In this document: in pieces, positions 10,021-20,095 of the stretch
Layout of the letters: every line of letters starts with the position of its first letter
How positions within the stretch are numbered: the first letter of the stretch is position 1
Notes under the pieces: generated by a model
The model's database searches: none
What the model was told of the DNA's origin: nothing
What the model saw: only the letters and a program-made list of their open reading frames with translations
Translations under genes and position numbers: made by a program
Origin: Bacteroidota bacterium
GTDB taxonomy: Bacteria; Bacteroidota; Bacteroidia; J057; JADKCL01
DNA length: 64,000 bases
Assembly: GCA_031415375.1 (NCBI GenBank)
Contig: JANORP010000208.1
Coordinates: forward strand, 14,738 to 78,737
Reading direction: 5' to 3'

Positions 10021-10110
10021 GCGCCTGCAAATTAGGGATAGTCGGCAGACGTAGCAAACTTTCTATACCAAGGGGATTTCTAAGGATGCTTTGCTAATTT
10101 TCCGCTTCGC

Positions 10111-11397
10111 ATGGAGGCAAGACCCAAAGACATCTCGCTCGTGGTCCGCGTGGAGCAACTGCATCCACGGGTTTGCTATGCCATGGATACAGTACTCGGC
10201 GATTTCTTGGGTCTGTGGCCGCAACTGATTGTCTGGGATGATGTTGCTGGACTGGCGCAAGCCGCTGCAGCAGGCTTGCCGATCTTCAACTATTGCACGC
10301 AACCGAGCACAGATTTTCCCAACCTGCCTTGCAATGGCCTGCTGTATGAAGACATCATTCGGCAAGCCAACGAACAGATCGATTGGTTTGGAGCGGTCTC
10401 CCTGCAATTGCAGACGACAGATACGATCGCCAGCATTTTTTACCACATCACGCAGTATGCTTTGTTGCGCCCTGCTGCGCGGCTGGTGCTGGACGCGCAT
10501 GGCCGCTATCCTGATGGCGACGGCGCGCTGGTCGTGCATGGCATGCTGGAGCAGTTGACACAACTGCTGGCGCAGCAGCTACCCGCTGGAATACAGCCAC
10601 GCCCATTTGATTTTGAGATCACGATCGATGTCGATCAACCTTGGAAGTATCTGCACAAGCCCTGGCATGTGCGCTGGGGTGGGCTGTTGCGTGACCTCCT
10701 GCGTGGGGGCGATGCTGGCGCGCGCTGGCGCAGCCTGCGCACGGGTGTGGATCCCTTTGCAGTGCTCTCGCTGGTGCGGGAGATCTGCCCCATTGCCCAC
10801 ACCAAGGTTTTTTTCTTGGTCGGTGGCGATCACCCCAACGACAGCCGATTCGACATCAGCATGCCCGCCTATGCGCGCTACGCAGTAGCCTACAAGGAGG
10901 CGGGATTTGAGCTGGGCATCCACCCGAGCTATGCTAGCGTGGATGACAGTGCCATCCTGCCCGCGCAAAAGGCAGCCCTGGAGGCCGTCGTAGGCCCAGT
11001 GTGCATCTCTCGGCAGCACTACCTGCGCTACCGCACCCCAGCGACCTTCAGGTCACTCATCGCGGCGGGCATCACGCGCGACTACACGCTCTGCCGCAAT
11101 CAAGGGCCAGGTGCCATCACGGGCGTCGCCCTCCCCTACCGCTGGTTTGACTTGCAACGCAATGAAGCAACGGCACTCACGCTGGTACCCGCAATGGTCA
11201 TGGACCGCTGCCTGCAACAATACATGGCCCTAGATCCCGATCAAGCCTGGGCACAGATCGCCAAGACCATTGCCCTCACCAAGGCCGTGGGCGGCAAATT
11301 TGTGATTATCTTGCACAACGAAACGTTTAGCGACACAGGCGAATGGAGAGGGTGGCAGGTTGTCATCCGCCAAATGCTGCAATTGCTTCAAGCATGA
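10111..11397 (+). CDS. Polysaccharide deacetylase-like protein (DUF7033 / CE4-like)
   Basis: 'TIDVD', 'FELGIHPSY', 'SRQHYLR', 'D.TL', 'HNE' motifs. Confidence 0.75.
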   Translation: MEARPKDISLVVRVEQLHPRVCYAMDTVLGDFLGLWPQLIVWDDVAGLAQAAAAGLPIFNYCTQPSTDFPNLPCNGLLYEDIIRQANEQIDWFGAVSLQLQTTDTIASIFYHITQYALLRPAARLVLDAHGRYPDGDGALVVHGMLEQLTQLLAQQLPAGIQPRPFDFEITIDVDQPWKYLHKPWHVRWGGLLRDLLRGGDAGARWRSLRTGVDPFAVLSLVREICPIAHTKVFFLVGGDHPNDSRFDISMPAYARYAVAYKEAGFELGIHPSYASVDDSAILPAQKAALEAVVGPVCISRQHYLRYRTPATFRSLIAAGITRDYTLCRNQGPGAITGVALPYRWFDLQRNEATALTLVPAMVMDRCLQQYMALDPDQAWAQIAKTIALTKAVGGKFVIILHNETFSDTGEWRGWQVVIRQMLQLLQA

Positions 11398-12368
11398 ATG
11401 CGATCCTGAAACATGGCAGTGCAATCGATCGAGCGGAATGGCTGGCATTTTTGGCGCATTCTCCACAGGCTGCCATCTATGTACATCCCGACTACCTCGA
11501 CATCGTGGCGCCTGGCTGGCAGGCGATCGAACTCTGGCGCGACCGCACCTTGCTCGCGATCATGCCCTTGTACCTCAACCAAAAAGCGGGTTACACCTAT
11601 GCCTTGCAACCTTCCTTTTGCCAGTTTTGGGGCATCATATTTGGCGGCGAGGACTTGGGCAATGATTACAAGACCTATAGCCACAGGCGCAAAGTGGTGA
11701 AGGCCATGATCGATGCCATTCCTGCGCAGATCAAATGGTTTATGTATGGGTTTGCGCCCGAGTTTGATTATCCGCTTCCCTTTCACTGGGCTGGCTACAC
11801 CTTGCAGTCACGCATTACCTATCGGCTAGATCTCAGTGTGGGCTACGCCGAAATAGAAAGAAACTTTGGCAACGATACCCGCTACGATATGCGCAAGGCG
11901 CTATCACAGGGTTTTGCGGTGCATGCCACCGATGCGTGGCAACGGCTGTCTGGACTTGTACATGCCAATTCGATCGAAGGAAAACTGCGGCTGCAACCCA
12001 CGCAATTGGGGACCTTTGATCGGATCGCGCCCTTTCTCTTGCAATCGCAGCTCGGCTTTTTGCTGGAGGTCGTAGATGCGGATGCATCCTTGATCGGGGC
12101 GGCGCTCTTTGCGAGCTTTGCTGGCAAGACCACCTATTTGATTTCTTCGCAAGCGCCTGGCAAGTCGAGCAATGGGGCGATGAGTCTGCTCCTGGCGAGG
12201 GCGATCGCGGAGGCTGCTGCCCGCAGCCAAATCTTTGACTTTGAAGGCAGCATGATCGAAGGCGTGGAGAGCTTCTTCAGGGGCTTTGGTGGCAGGCCGG
12301 TTCCTTATCTGATGATTGAAAAAAATGATTTACCTTTACCGATAAGATGGATAAGAAAATTACGATAA
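11394..12368 (+). CDS. GNAT/FemAB-like acyl- or aminoacyl-transferase
   Basis: Overlaps the upstream stop (ATGA); 'TY.LDL', C-terminal 'FDFEGSMIEGVESFFRGFGG'. Confidence 0.75.
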   Translation: MNAILKHGSAIDRAEWLAFLAHSPQAAIYVHPDYLDIVAPGWQAIELWRDRTLLAIMPLYLNQKAGYTYALQPSFCQFWGIIFGGEDLGNDYKTYSHRRKVVKAMIDAIPAQIKWFMYGFAPEFDYPLPFHWAGYTLQSRITYRLDLSVGYAEIERNFGNDTRYDMRKALSQGFAVHATDAWQRLSGLVHANSIEGKLRLQPTQLGTFDRIAPFLLQSQLGFLLEVVDADASLIGAALFASFAGKTTYLISSQAPGKSSNGAMSLLLARAIAEAAARSQIFDFEGSMIEGVESFFRGFGGRPVPYLMIEKNDLPLPIRWIRKLR

Positions 12369-13009
12369 TCGGCCGCGAGAATTCGATTTTCAACCAATTC
12401 CTGTACGAGCTACGGGAAGTAAGCATCCAAGGAGACCGAATGCGTTTCCGCAAAAATCTCCTCCGCTGTTCCCAGATCATGGCTTATGAGGTGAGCAAGC
12501 ACCTTGCTTTCTCGACCAAGTCTGTCACGACGCCTCTGGGGGAACTGGAGATGCAACTGCCGACCGATCAGCCAGTCTTGGTTTCCATCTTGCGTGCTGG
12601 CGTGCCGATGCACCAAGGTTTCTTGGATTTCTTTGACAATGCTGACAATGGTTTTATCAGCGCCTATCGCCAAAAAACCAAGGGCACTGACTTTGTAATC
12701 AAGGTGGAATATGCCGCCATGCCCAGCGTAGAGGGCCGCACGGTGATCCTGATCGACCCCATGATCGCCAGTGGCCGCAGCATCGCTCTGTGTGCACAAG
12801 CGATCTCGCCAGCCCACGGTGTACCGAGCCAGTTGATCCTGGCGGGGCTCATCGCCAGCGAGGAAGGACTCGACTATGTGCGTCGCCACGTGCCACAAGC
12901 GCACATCTTTGTCGGCGCAGTAGATAATGAACTCACAGCCAGGGCCTACATTGTGCCTGGACTCGGCGACGCTGGCGACCTGGCCTACGGCAGCAAGACC
13001 AGCGGTTGA
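12347..13009 (+). CDS. upp: Uracil phosphoribosyltransferase
   Basis: 'ILRAG', PRPP loop 'IDPMIASG.S', 'YIVPGLGDAGD..YG'. Confidence 0.95.
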   Translation: MDKKITIIGRENSIFNQFLYELREVSIQGDRMRFRKNLLRCSQIMAYEVSKHLAFSTKSVTTPLGELEMQLPTDQPVLVSILRAGVPMHQGFLDFFDNADNGFISAYRQKTKGTDFVIKVEYAAMPSVEGRTVILIDPMIASGRSIALCAQAISPAHGVPSQLILAGLIASEEGLDYVRRHVPQAHIFVGAVDNELTARAYIVPGLGDAGDLAYGSKTSG

Positions 13010-13079
13010 CCGATCCACCCTTTCCCAAAACAAGCACGGCGCTCATGCGTTGTATTTCCAGATTGGCTACAAAGAGAAC

Positions 13080-13529
13080 ATGGGTGAATTTCTAGAATGG
13101 TTGAGTGTGGTGGGGCTATCCACTGTGAAAGTCCTTGCCGGGTTGGCAATGGCGATCACACATGGAATGAAGCCTTGGGAAATATTTGCAGCTTTGGCAG
13201 CTGGCAGTATGATCGGGGTGACTTTCTTTACCTTTTTTGGACTCACGATACGGCGTTGGCGCAAGGAGCGCCGCATGCGCCTGGGCATCGTGAAGCCCCT
13301 GAATTATCGCAAGGCACGCAAATGGAAACGCATGTGGCTGCGCTTTGGGCTACCTGGGATCGCCCTGCTGACCCCGCCGCTCATCAGTCCCCCGATTGGT
13401 GCGCTCATCGCCGTGATTTTTGAGCGTCGCAAAGGCCGCATCCTCGCCTATATGGGCGTGAGCATCTTGCTCTGGTCTGCCTTGTTTGCATTGGTAGGCG
13501 ACCAAATCCTTGCCCTGATACATCGATGA
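13080..13529 (+). CDS. Small integral membrane protein, function unknown
   Basis: About 4 hydrophobic helices; 'FG..GIALLTPPLISPPIG'; coupled to the next gene. Confidence 0.7.
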   Translation: MGEFLEWLSVVGLSTVKVLAGLAMAITHGMKPWEIFAALAAGSMIGVTFFTFFGLTIRRWRKERRMRLGIVKPLNYRKARKWKRMWLRFGLPGIALLTPPLISPPIGALIAVIFERRKGRILAYMGVSILLWSALFALVGDQILALIHR

Positions 13530-14227
13530 CCACAACAAAGCATATTTTTTTTGACCTCGACCACACGCTCTGGGACTACGAGACAAACTCGATCGCGACC
13601 ATCCATGAGTTGTTGGAGACTTTCAGGCCGCAGATGGGATTCACGCTCACATTTGAGGAATTTTACCCTGTCTATTTCACACACAACCATGCCCTCTGGG
13701 TGCAATATCGCCACAACGAAATCGACAACCTGACGCTGCGCTATCAACGGTGGCGCTTGGCCTTTGCTGATTTTGGGATTTCGGAGGCGACATGGATGTA
13801 TGACATGAGCGAGGCTTTTCTGGACATTTGCCCGCGCAAGTCTGCCCTCATGCCCAATGCCATGGCACTCCTAGAAATCGTGAGCCAGCAATATCCCCTG
13901 CACATCATCACAAATGGATTCGCTCCTATCCAAGACCTCAAATTGGCGCACTCTGGCCTGCGACCCTTTTTTGATGTGATCGTGACACCCGACGGGGTGG
14001 GCGTCAAGAAACCCCATCCCAAGATTTTTCATGAGGCACTCGCAGCAGCCGATTGCCTACCCGAGCACGCACTCTATCTGGGCGACAGCTATCCTGAAGA
14101 CATGGTTGGCGGCCATGCTGTGGGCATGAATGTCGTGTGGTACAATCCCAGAGGCCGCGAAAACCCTGAGGGTTTCCCTGAGATTGCGAATTTGATTGAG
14201 TTGTTGGGGCATTTGCCGAAAAGCTAA
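13526..14227 (+). CDS. yjjG: YjjG-family HAD pyrimidine nucleotidase
   Basis: 'FFDLDHTLWD', 'IITNGF', 'KKPHPKIF', 'GDS...D..G'. Confidence 0.85.
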   Translation: MTTTKHIFFDLDHTLWDYETNSIATIHELLETFRPQMGFTLTFEEFYPVYFTHNHALWVQYRHNEIDNLTLRYQRWRLAFADFGISEATWMYDMSEAFLDICPRKSALMPNAMALLEIVSQQYPLHIITNGFAPIQDLKLAHSGLRPFFDVIVTPDGVGVKKPHPKIFHEALAAADCLPEHALYLGDSYPEDMVGGHAVGMNVVWYNPRGRENPEGFPEIANLIELLGHLPKS

Positions 14228-14296
14228 AATTGTCGGCCATTTTTGGTTTTTGTTCGCAAAATTCTCGTATTGTTGCTTTCATATCACTTGGGCCAT

Positions 14297-14473
14297 ATGA
14301 AAGCAATAGACCTTTTCTGTGGTGCTGGAGGCATGAGGTTGGGCTTGAAAGGCGAAAATCATTTATCGAGAGCGTTTGCGTTGGCCTCGACATCATCAAT
14401 TGCTCCTTCGCGACCAAAAAAGAATGGGCGAGAATCTTGGGTGAAAATTAAATCAAACCCAAGCTACCCTTAG
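14297..14473 (+). pseudogene. Remnant of a C5-cytosine DNA methyltransferase (Dcm-like) N-terminus
   Basis: MKAIDLFCGAGGMRLGL is motif I (FxGxGG); a shifted frame continues 'VCVGLDI..C..T' (motif II-like), then stops. Confidence 0.65.
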
Positions 14474-14506
14474 CAGGGCACCTTTTGCGTTTCATACCTC
14501 TCCCCC

Positions 14507-15199
14507 TCACTGCTGAAACCGATACCCCACCCTATGAACTGTCAAGATATGCACGGGTTCGGCAGGGTTTTCTTCGATTTTTTTGCGCAGGTGCGTCACG
14601 TGGGTGTCGATGGTGCGCATCGACAGTAGGTAGTCGTGGCCCCAGACGTCTGCGAGGATCTGCTCGCGGGTGAGAATCTTCCCTTCGTTGTGGATGAGGA
14701 AACGCAACAGCTCGCTTTCCATGCGTGTAAGCTCTATTTCATCTGTTCCACGACGCACACACTGGGCTTGAAAGTCGATCTCGACATTGCCGATGTGGAA
14801 GAGCTTGGTGCTTTCACTGGGTTTGCCCGTGCGCCTGAAGATCGCCTCGATGCGTGCACAGAGCTCCAAGATGTCAAAGGGTTTAGTGATGTAGTCGTCG
14901 GCGCCCGTCTTGAGGCCGATGACTTTGTCCATCTGCTGGTCACGGGCGGTGAGCATGATCACGGGCGTGCTGTTGCCTGTGGCGCGAAGGCGTTTACACA
15001 CCTCCATGCCGCTCATCTGCGGGAGCATAAGGTCTAGCAAGATGAGGTCGGGACGAATTTTTTCCGCCAATTCTAAGCCCAGCAGCCCATTGTCTGCCTC
15101 CGTGACTTCATAACCCTCATATTCCAGGTTGCTGCGCAATAGGTAGCGAATGGCGTTTTCGTCCTCGACGACCAAGATCTTGCGTTTGGTGTTTTTCAT
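14507..15199 (-). CDS. OmpR/PhoB-family response regulator
   Basis: REC domain (VVEDE, LLDLMLP, GADDYITKPF) and winged helix (RTIDTHV..LRKKIE, TVHRVGY). Confidence 0.95.
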   Translation of the reverse strand: MKNTKRKILVVEDENAIRYLLRSNLEYEGYEVTEADNGLLGLELAEKIRPDLILLDLMLPQMSGMEVCKRLRATGNSTPVIMLTARDQQMDKVIGLKTGADDYITKPFDILELCARIEAIFRRTGKPSESTKLFHIGNVEIDFQAQCVRRGTDEIELTRMESELLRFLIHNEGKILTREQILADVWGHDYLLSMRTIDTHVTHLRKKIEENPAEPVHILTVHRVGYRFQQ

Positions 15200-16887
15200 T
15201 ATTTCAATTCTTGTAAGCAGGGAATTTCAATGGAGAATGTAGCACCTGCGTTGAGTGCACTTTTGAGTTCGAGCCGTCCATTGTGATCCTTGAGGATCGC
15301 ATTGGCGATGCTCAGACCGATGCCGTGGCCCTTTACATTGTGCTCATCGAGGTTGCCGAGGCGCACAAACTTCTCAAAGATGATCTTTTGATCTTTGAGA
15401 GCGATCCCCAATCCAAAATCTTGGACCGAGATTCGCAGATGATCGTTTTTGATTTCCGAGGTGATTTTGAGCCGATGGGCGGCATCGCCATACTTGCGGG
15501 CGTTGTCGATCAAGATCGCCAATACCTGCTCGATAGCCTTGGCATCGACCTCGACCCGCGTAGTGCCAAGTGGTTGCTCCACGAGTTCAATCTGAACCCC
15601 ATCTTGCTTGTGGGAAAATGTGCTGAGCTGCATCCACAGAAGTTCGCAGGGAATCGGTTTCTTTTGATACTTTTTACGGCCCGACTCGAGCTGCGAAAAA
15701 TCCAAAAGGGAATGTATCAGGTAGTCCAACCGCTCGGTTTCATCGGTGATGATGCCCATGACACGCTGTACCGCGTCGGGGTCACGCAATCTACCAAGCC
15801 GCAAGCTATCTGCTGCGAGGCGAATGGTGGCGAGTGGCGTTTTGATCTCATGGGAAACGTTGGCGACAAATTCCGTCTTGAGGCGCGACAACTTGAAAAG
15901 GCGCATCGCTGCACGCACGAGCAGCATCAAGACAAACATCAAGATTGCAAAAAGCGCCAAAATGAGATAGAGGTTGCGGCGATAAATGCTTTGTGTCACC
16001 TCCTCGACCGTGGCCTCCCTGAAGGAGACCCCAAGCCGCATGTCGCCCAACCAAGGTCCATAATTGGCGAGCTGTGCCTCATGCTCAAAAGTCGGCTGCC
16101 CATAGGCGACGGAGTGGTAGATGAGTTGGCCGCCTTGGCCACGCAGCACCCCAAATTGTAAAAAGCGCTTTTCCAAACCTTCGTGCTCGCGGTCCTCTGG
16201 CCAATACCGCTGGTGAAAATAGTCTCTCAAATAGACCTTTTCAAATTGCGCTGGGTCGGTCTGTCGAAAGATGAGCGCCATCAATCGGCCACGCAGGTCA
16301 AATATGGGTGCCCCGATCAGGGTATTGCTGATGAAGGCCTTGTTGTATATGAAAACAAGATTGCTGTCGAGCGCGGTGCTCCAGATCGCAGTGCTCATGC
16401 TCTCGATATTGCCATAAGGCTCTTGGAGCTTGCGCAGCTCATCGCCGATAAAGTCTGTGATGTCGGTCTGTTGCCGCCAACTACCGAGATTGGGATCGCC
16501 TTTGCGGTAGCGATTGGGACTCTTGTATTCCCAAGTATGAAAGCGATTTTGCCCATAGACGGGAAACGCAGCCACCCAGGCATTGCACAGGGGCTGTACG
16601 GCCGAAGTAAGCCTGAAAGGCTTGCGCAACTTGCCCAAGTTGGATTCTTTGAAATCCTCTGGACTCAGGTCCCGGCGCAACTTGGCCATGCCAGCATCCA
16701 TCTCTCTTACATAGTCTTGCTGCAATTGGCGGGCTCCATCGTCGGCAATTTTTTGCAGACTGCCGTGCAGACCTGCCGAAATCTGCAATCGCAAGCCCTG
16801 GATACTGGACAATTGCCAGACCATCAAGACAATGACCAGCACAAATGTGAGGCCAGCGAGGATTAATATTGTGCGGCGTGTGCGCAT
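15199..16887 (-). CDS. Sensor histidine kinase (HisKA + HATPase)
   Basis: Two TM helices around a periplasmic domain; H-box SHEIKTPL; N-box DNARKY; D.G.GI; G.GIGL. Confidence 0.95.
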   Translation of the reverse strand: MRTRRTILILAGLTFVLVIVLMVWQLSSIQGLRLQISAGLHGSLQKIADDGARQLQQDYVREMDAGMAKLRRDLSPEDFKESNLGKLRKPFRLTSAVQPLCNAWVAAFPVYGQNRFHTWEYKSPNRYRKGDPNLGSWRQQTDITDFIGDELRKLQEPYGNIESMSTAIWSTALDSNLVFIYNKAFISNTLIGAPIFDLRGRLMALIFRQTDPAQFEKVYLRDYFHQRYWPEDREHEGLEKRFLQFGVLRGQGGQLIYHSVAYGQPTFEHEAQLANYGPWLGDMRLGVSFREATVEEVTQSIYRRNLYLILALFAILMFVLMLLVRAAMRLFKLSRLKTEFVANVSHEIKTPLATIRLAADSLRLGRLRDPDAVQRVMGIITDETERLDYLIHSLLDFSQLESGRKKYQKKPIPCELLWMQLSTFSHKQDGVQIELVEQPLGTTRVEVDAKAIEQVLAILIDNARKYGDAAHRLKITSEIKNDHLRISVQDFGLGIALKDQKIIFEKFVRLGNLDEHNVKGHGIGLSIANAILKDHNGRLELKSALNAGATFSIEIPCLQELK

Positions 16888-16968
16888 TCAGCGTAAAAAA
16901 TCAGTCTTTATTGCCAGATGCGCAAGCAATAGGCTGTGAATCTCCAAAATATTTCGTAACATTTTGCA

Positions 16969-18030
16969 ATGAGATTGCATCGACCCTCCAAATACTTCTT
17001 TTCCAGCCAGCGCCTTGCGGCAGGTTGGGTTACCATGATTCTTGTGTCAGCCCTGCTACAATCGTGTTTCAGACCTGTGGAGGGCGATTTTCCCAACCGA
17101 GGCCAGGGCTTGGAAGACGATGAATTGTTGTGGGTGCTGCGCATAGCGGCCAGTGCCGATGATGCTGACCTAGAAATTGTGTCCTTGCGCGATTCCATCA
17201 GATTTGCCAATTACAACGGGCCCTTTTTTACCAATGGCATACAATCTCTCGTCAAGCGCATCTTGAACGATGAACTCAAGGCTGTCGATGAATACCCTGG
17301 CCAAACAGAGCTCAAAAATGCCCGTGAACGCTTGATCCAAATGGGTGGCTCGGGCCAAAATATCGACCCTTTGCTCCGGGTCGCCGAGTTGTACATCGTC
17401 GTAAACATCAACCAGCCAATCTACAGCGGTCGCCCTGAATTTTTGCGCCTGATTTGGCGCGACCCAACTGGTCGCGAAGCTGATCGTGGTTTTGCAGGCA
17501 TCAGACTCGATACCGACGGCACTGGACAATTTTTGCTGGGAGAGCAGTTTCTAAGTGAATTTGCCAAGATCCAAAGCTATTATGCATTGCCGATCTACCT
17601 GCGCACAAATTTTAGGGAATATGCGATCAAATCGGTCGAGGAGGCCCGCTATGTGCAAAGGATGATCTATGCTGGCCGATGGAATGAGATTGATTGGCAA
17701 GCCGAGGGCATCAATATCTCAGGCAAATACCGTGTGCCACTGGAACCGGAAACTGTATTGCCTTTGGCGGGTTTCTATCGTTTCCTTCTCCCGAATGCAA
17801 GCGATAGCACAAAGTATGCTGAACTGCTCCTCACAGCCGAAAGCGACTACCTCGTCGCAGACTGGAGCAACCGATTTCAGGTGGAAAAAATCGTGCCCTA
17901 TGGCGCTATGCAGTTTTTCAGCAATACAGGGGAACTCTACTGGTTTGAAATCATGCCAGATAGCAATTTGGCTTTGTTTGTGATGCAAGGCAAAGACACG
18001 CTTGGTAGCTACCAAAACCCTGTATTCTAA
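16969..18030 (+). CDS. Putative lipoprotein, function unknown
   Basis: 353-aa ORF with lipobox LLQSC; start uncertain (16969 or 17035). Confidence 0.6.
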   Translation: MRLHRPSKYFFSSQRLAAGWVTMILVSALLQSCFRPVEGDFPNRGQGLEDDELLWVLRIAASADDADLEIVSLRDSIRFANYNGPFFTNGIQSLVKRILNDELKAVDEYPGQTELKNARERLIQMGGSGQNIDPLLRVAELYIVVNINQPIYSGRPEFLRLIWRDPTGREADRGFAGIRLDTDGTGQFLLGEQFLSEFAKIQSYYALPIYLRTNFREYAIKSVEEARYVQRMIYAGRWNEIDWQAEGINISGKYRVPLEPETVLPLAGFYRFLLPNASDSTKYAELLLTAESDYLVADWSNRFQVEKIVPYGAMQFFSNTGELYWFEIMPDSNLALFVMQGKDTLGSYQNPVF

Positions 18031-18150
18031 GCTCAGTTCTGGATTGGACGATGTTGAAAATTTTGGCCATTCCTACGGAATGGCCAAAAAATATGTGATG
18101 GGTGCATGTAGTAGGGCAAGGTCGCAACCTTGCCCTACTACATGGGCGCG
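18030..18150 (-). mobile_element. Partial copy of the MITE family also at 63573-63793
   Basis: 18030-18110 is the reverse complement of the right part of the 63573 element; contains hairpin TTTTGGCCATTCC/GGAATGGCCAAAA (18061-18089) and a perfect 18-bp stem CATGTAGTAGGGCAAGGT/ACCTTGCCCTACTACATG (18105-18144). Confidence 0.7.
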
Positions 18151-18259
18151 TATAGGTCCTGGAAACCACAAAACTTGATTTCCGGGCCATCAGCTTCATT
18201 TCGATCACTATGCAGATCTATTCTGTACCAACAATGGCCCTTTGATGGCTGCACAAGGT

Positions 18260-20086
18260 TTATTTGCCGCCCGTTTTGGGCGTTCCTGACGGCTCCTCAG
18301 TGGTGGCTGCCTTGTCGCCCTTGGATTTTCCTGGCTGGGGAATAGGATAGATTTCCACATCTTCCATGTCCCATTTGGCCTTGACTTCCAGCGGCAGCGC
18401 CTCATGGTACACTTTCTCGGGCATACGATAGGGATTCAAACTGCCAGGCGTGAGTACGCCGTTGCCATCGGTGTCGTCGATGATATCGATGGTATATTTA
18501 CCTGGATAGAGGTAGCCATATTTAAATCGTCCTGGTGCAGCAAAACGGGCTTCAAAGCGATCCACAACCATAGAGCTTGTCGCCACGTCAGACTTTCCCT
18601 TGGCTTCCTTGCTAGCACTTTTGGGGTGTGTGAGCAGGCCCGTGCCCAAGTTGCCACGTAGGATCACGCTGAATCCTAAACTGGGCCTTGTAGAGTCAGC
18701 AAGCACCTTTCCAGACACGGTGCCGAAATCATTGGGATTGGGAAACATCATATCAAATACAACCAATGTATCGGTCGGTTTCCCATTTGGTAGCAGAACA
18801 GTCTTGCGAAACTGTAGCTTATAAGGCATGTTGGGATCGAGCAATTTGGTCGGTTTGCCGAAAATTACCATTCCACTGCTCATCCACACGATATCCTGAG
18901 GCTTGGCAGCTGAATCCAACAACTGAATTTGTGTGCTGTCCATGCCTTCTTGCACCTTGAACAATGTCGGAATAAAGAAATCGTGCCCTTGTCGCTCATT
19001 CACAGGCATATCATACCACCGTTTACGCTCTTCCTTCACCTGAGCTTCCTGAATCAAACGCACCACAGTATCCCCTTTGTTACCGAGGCTATCCATGAGA
19101 TTGACGAGGCGAATGTCGTAGTCTTTGTCACGGGAAACCGGTGAATGGAGGTACAAATGATTTTGATTCTTGTACTTGAATCGAGCGACCTCTAGCAACT
19201 GTGGATCACTTCCCGTGGTGTCCATGACAAAAACCACCAAATTTTCACCTGCATAGCTATTGCGCAGAGGTTTGGTAAACTCAAGGTGAATCGTCTGGTC
19301 ATTGGACCATTTTGCACTTTTCACTTTTGGTGGATCGAAATCTTGAAAGAATGCAGACAAGGCCACCTTGGGGGCCGCGCTATCTTCGCCACGCAACATG
19401 ATAAGGGGATCAATGGTAAGACCGATTTTTTCGCTCTCGCCAGAGTAGCGAGAATCACTATTGGCGTCGCCCACACCGTAAATTTCATAGTCGCCTGGTG
19501 CGAGAAACTTGAAATCAAACATGCCGTATTTGTCACTCGCCACAAGATATTCCGGGCGCTTGCCTTTGATGTTGTTGCTATCGATCTCACCTGCCCTGAA
19601 CAACATGATCTTCATGTCTTTCTCGGCTGCGCCAGACCAGACATCCTCTACACGTCCAGAGACAGTGAGCGAATCCAAGACCCCGCCTGTGCTGAACGCG
19701 TAGGTATAGGATGTTTCCATCTTATTGCCCTCATTGAAGTCCAAGATACCCGTACCTAAGGAAACCACATAAGTGGTGCTGTCTCTCAATGGTGCTATAA
19801 ACTTGATTGTCAACGTTTTATTCTTCACAACGATCTCTGGGTCAACCGTTGGGACAGGCGAAATAAAGACTTCGTTTTTGTAATTGCCTGGTTTCAAAAA
19901 TTCATCGAAGTGGAACACGATCTCTTTGTAGTTGAAATACAGCGTGCCTGGATAGGGCAATACCCCAATGACCTCTGGGCCAGCCGTGTCTTGATCGCCT
20001 CCACTAGGGCGACCAATATTGGCACACGACCACATGCTGATCGCTATAAAAATAATAGATGTCCAAATGGGGATGTGCCTACGCAT
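18260..20086 (-). CDS. Ig-like (Big_5) domain lipoprotein
   Basis: 'SCA....PSGG..D..GP', 'FDEF', 'DFNEGN......YAFSTG..LDSL.VSG' pattern of a conserved Bacteroidota lipoprotein. Confidence 0.8.
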   Translation of the reverse strand: MRRHIPIWTSIIFIAISMWSCANIGRPSGGDQDTAGPEVIGVLPYPGTLYFNYKEIVFHFDEFLKPGNYKNEVFISPVPTVDPEIVVKNKTLTIKFIAPLRDSTTYVVSLGTGILDFNEGNKMETSYTYAFSTGGVLDSLTVSGRVEDVWSGAAEKDMKIMLFRAGEIDSNNIKGKRPEYLVASDKYGMFDFKFLAPGDYEIYGVGDANSDSRYSGESEKIGLTIDPLIMLRGEDSAAPKVALSAFFQDFDPPKVKSAKWSNDQTIHLEFTKPLRNSYAGENLVVFVMDTTGSDPQLLEVARFKYKNQNHLYLHSPVSRDKDYDIRLVNLMDSLGNKGDTVVRLIQEAQVKEERKRWYDMPVNERQGHDFFIPTLFKVQEGMDSTQIQLLDSAAKPQDIVWMSSGMVIFGKPTKLLDPNMPYKLQFRKTVLLPNGKPTDTLVVFDMMFPNPNDFGTVSGKVLADSTRPSLGFSVILRGNLGTGLLTHPKSASKEAKGKSDVATSSMVVDRFEARFAAPGRFKYGYLYPGKYTIDIIDDTDGNGVLTPGSLNPYRMPEKVYHEALPLEVKAKWDMEDVEIYPIPQPGKSKGDKAATTEEPSGTPKTGGK

Positions 20087-20095
20087 AAACAAATT

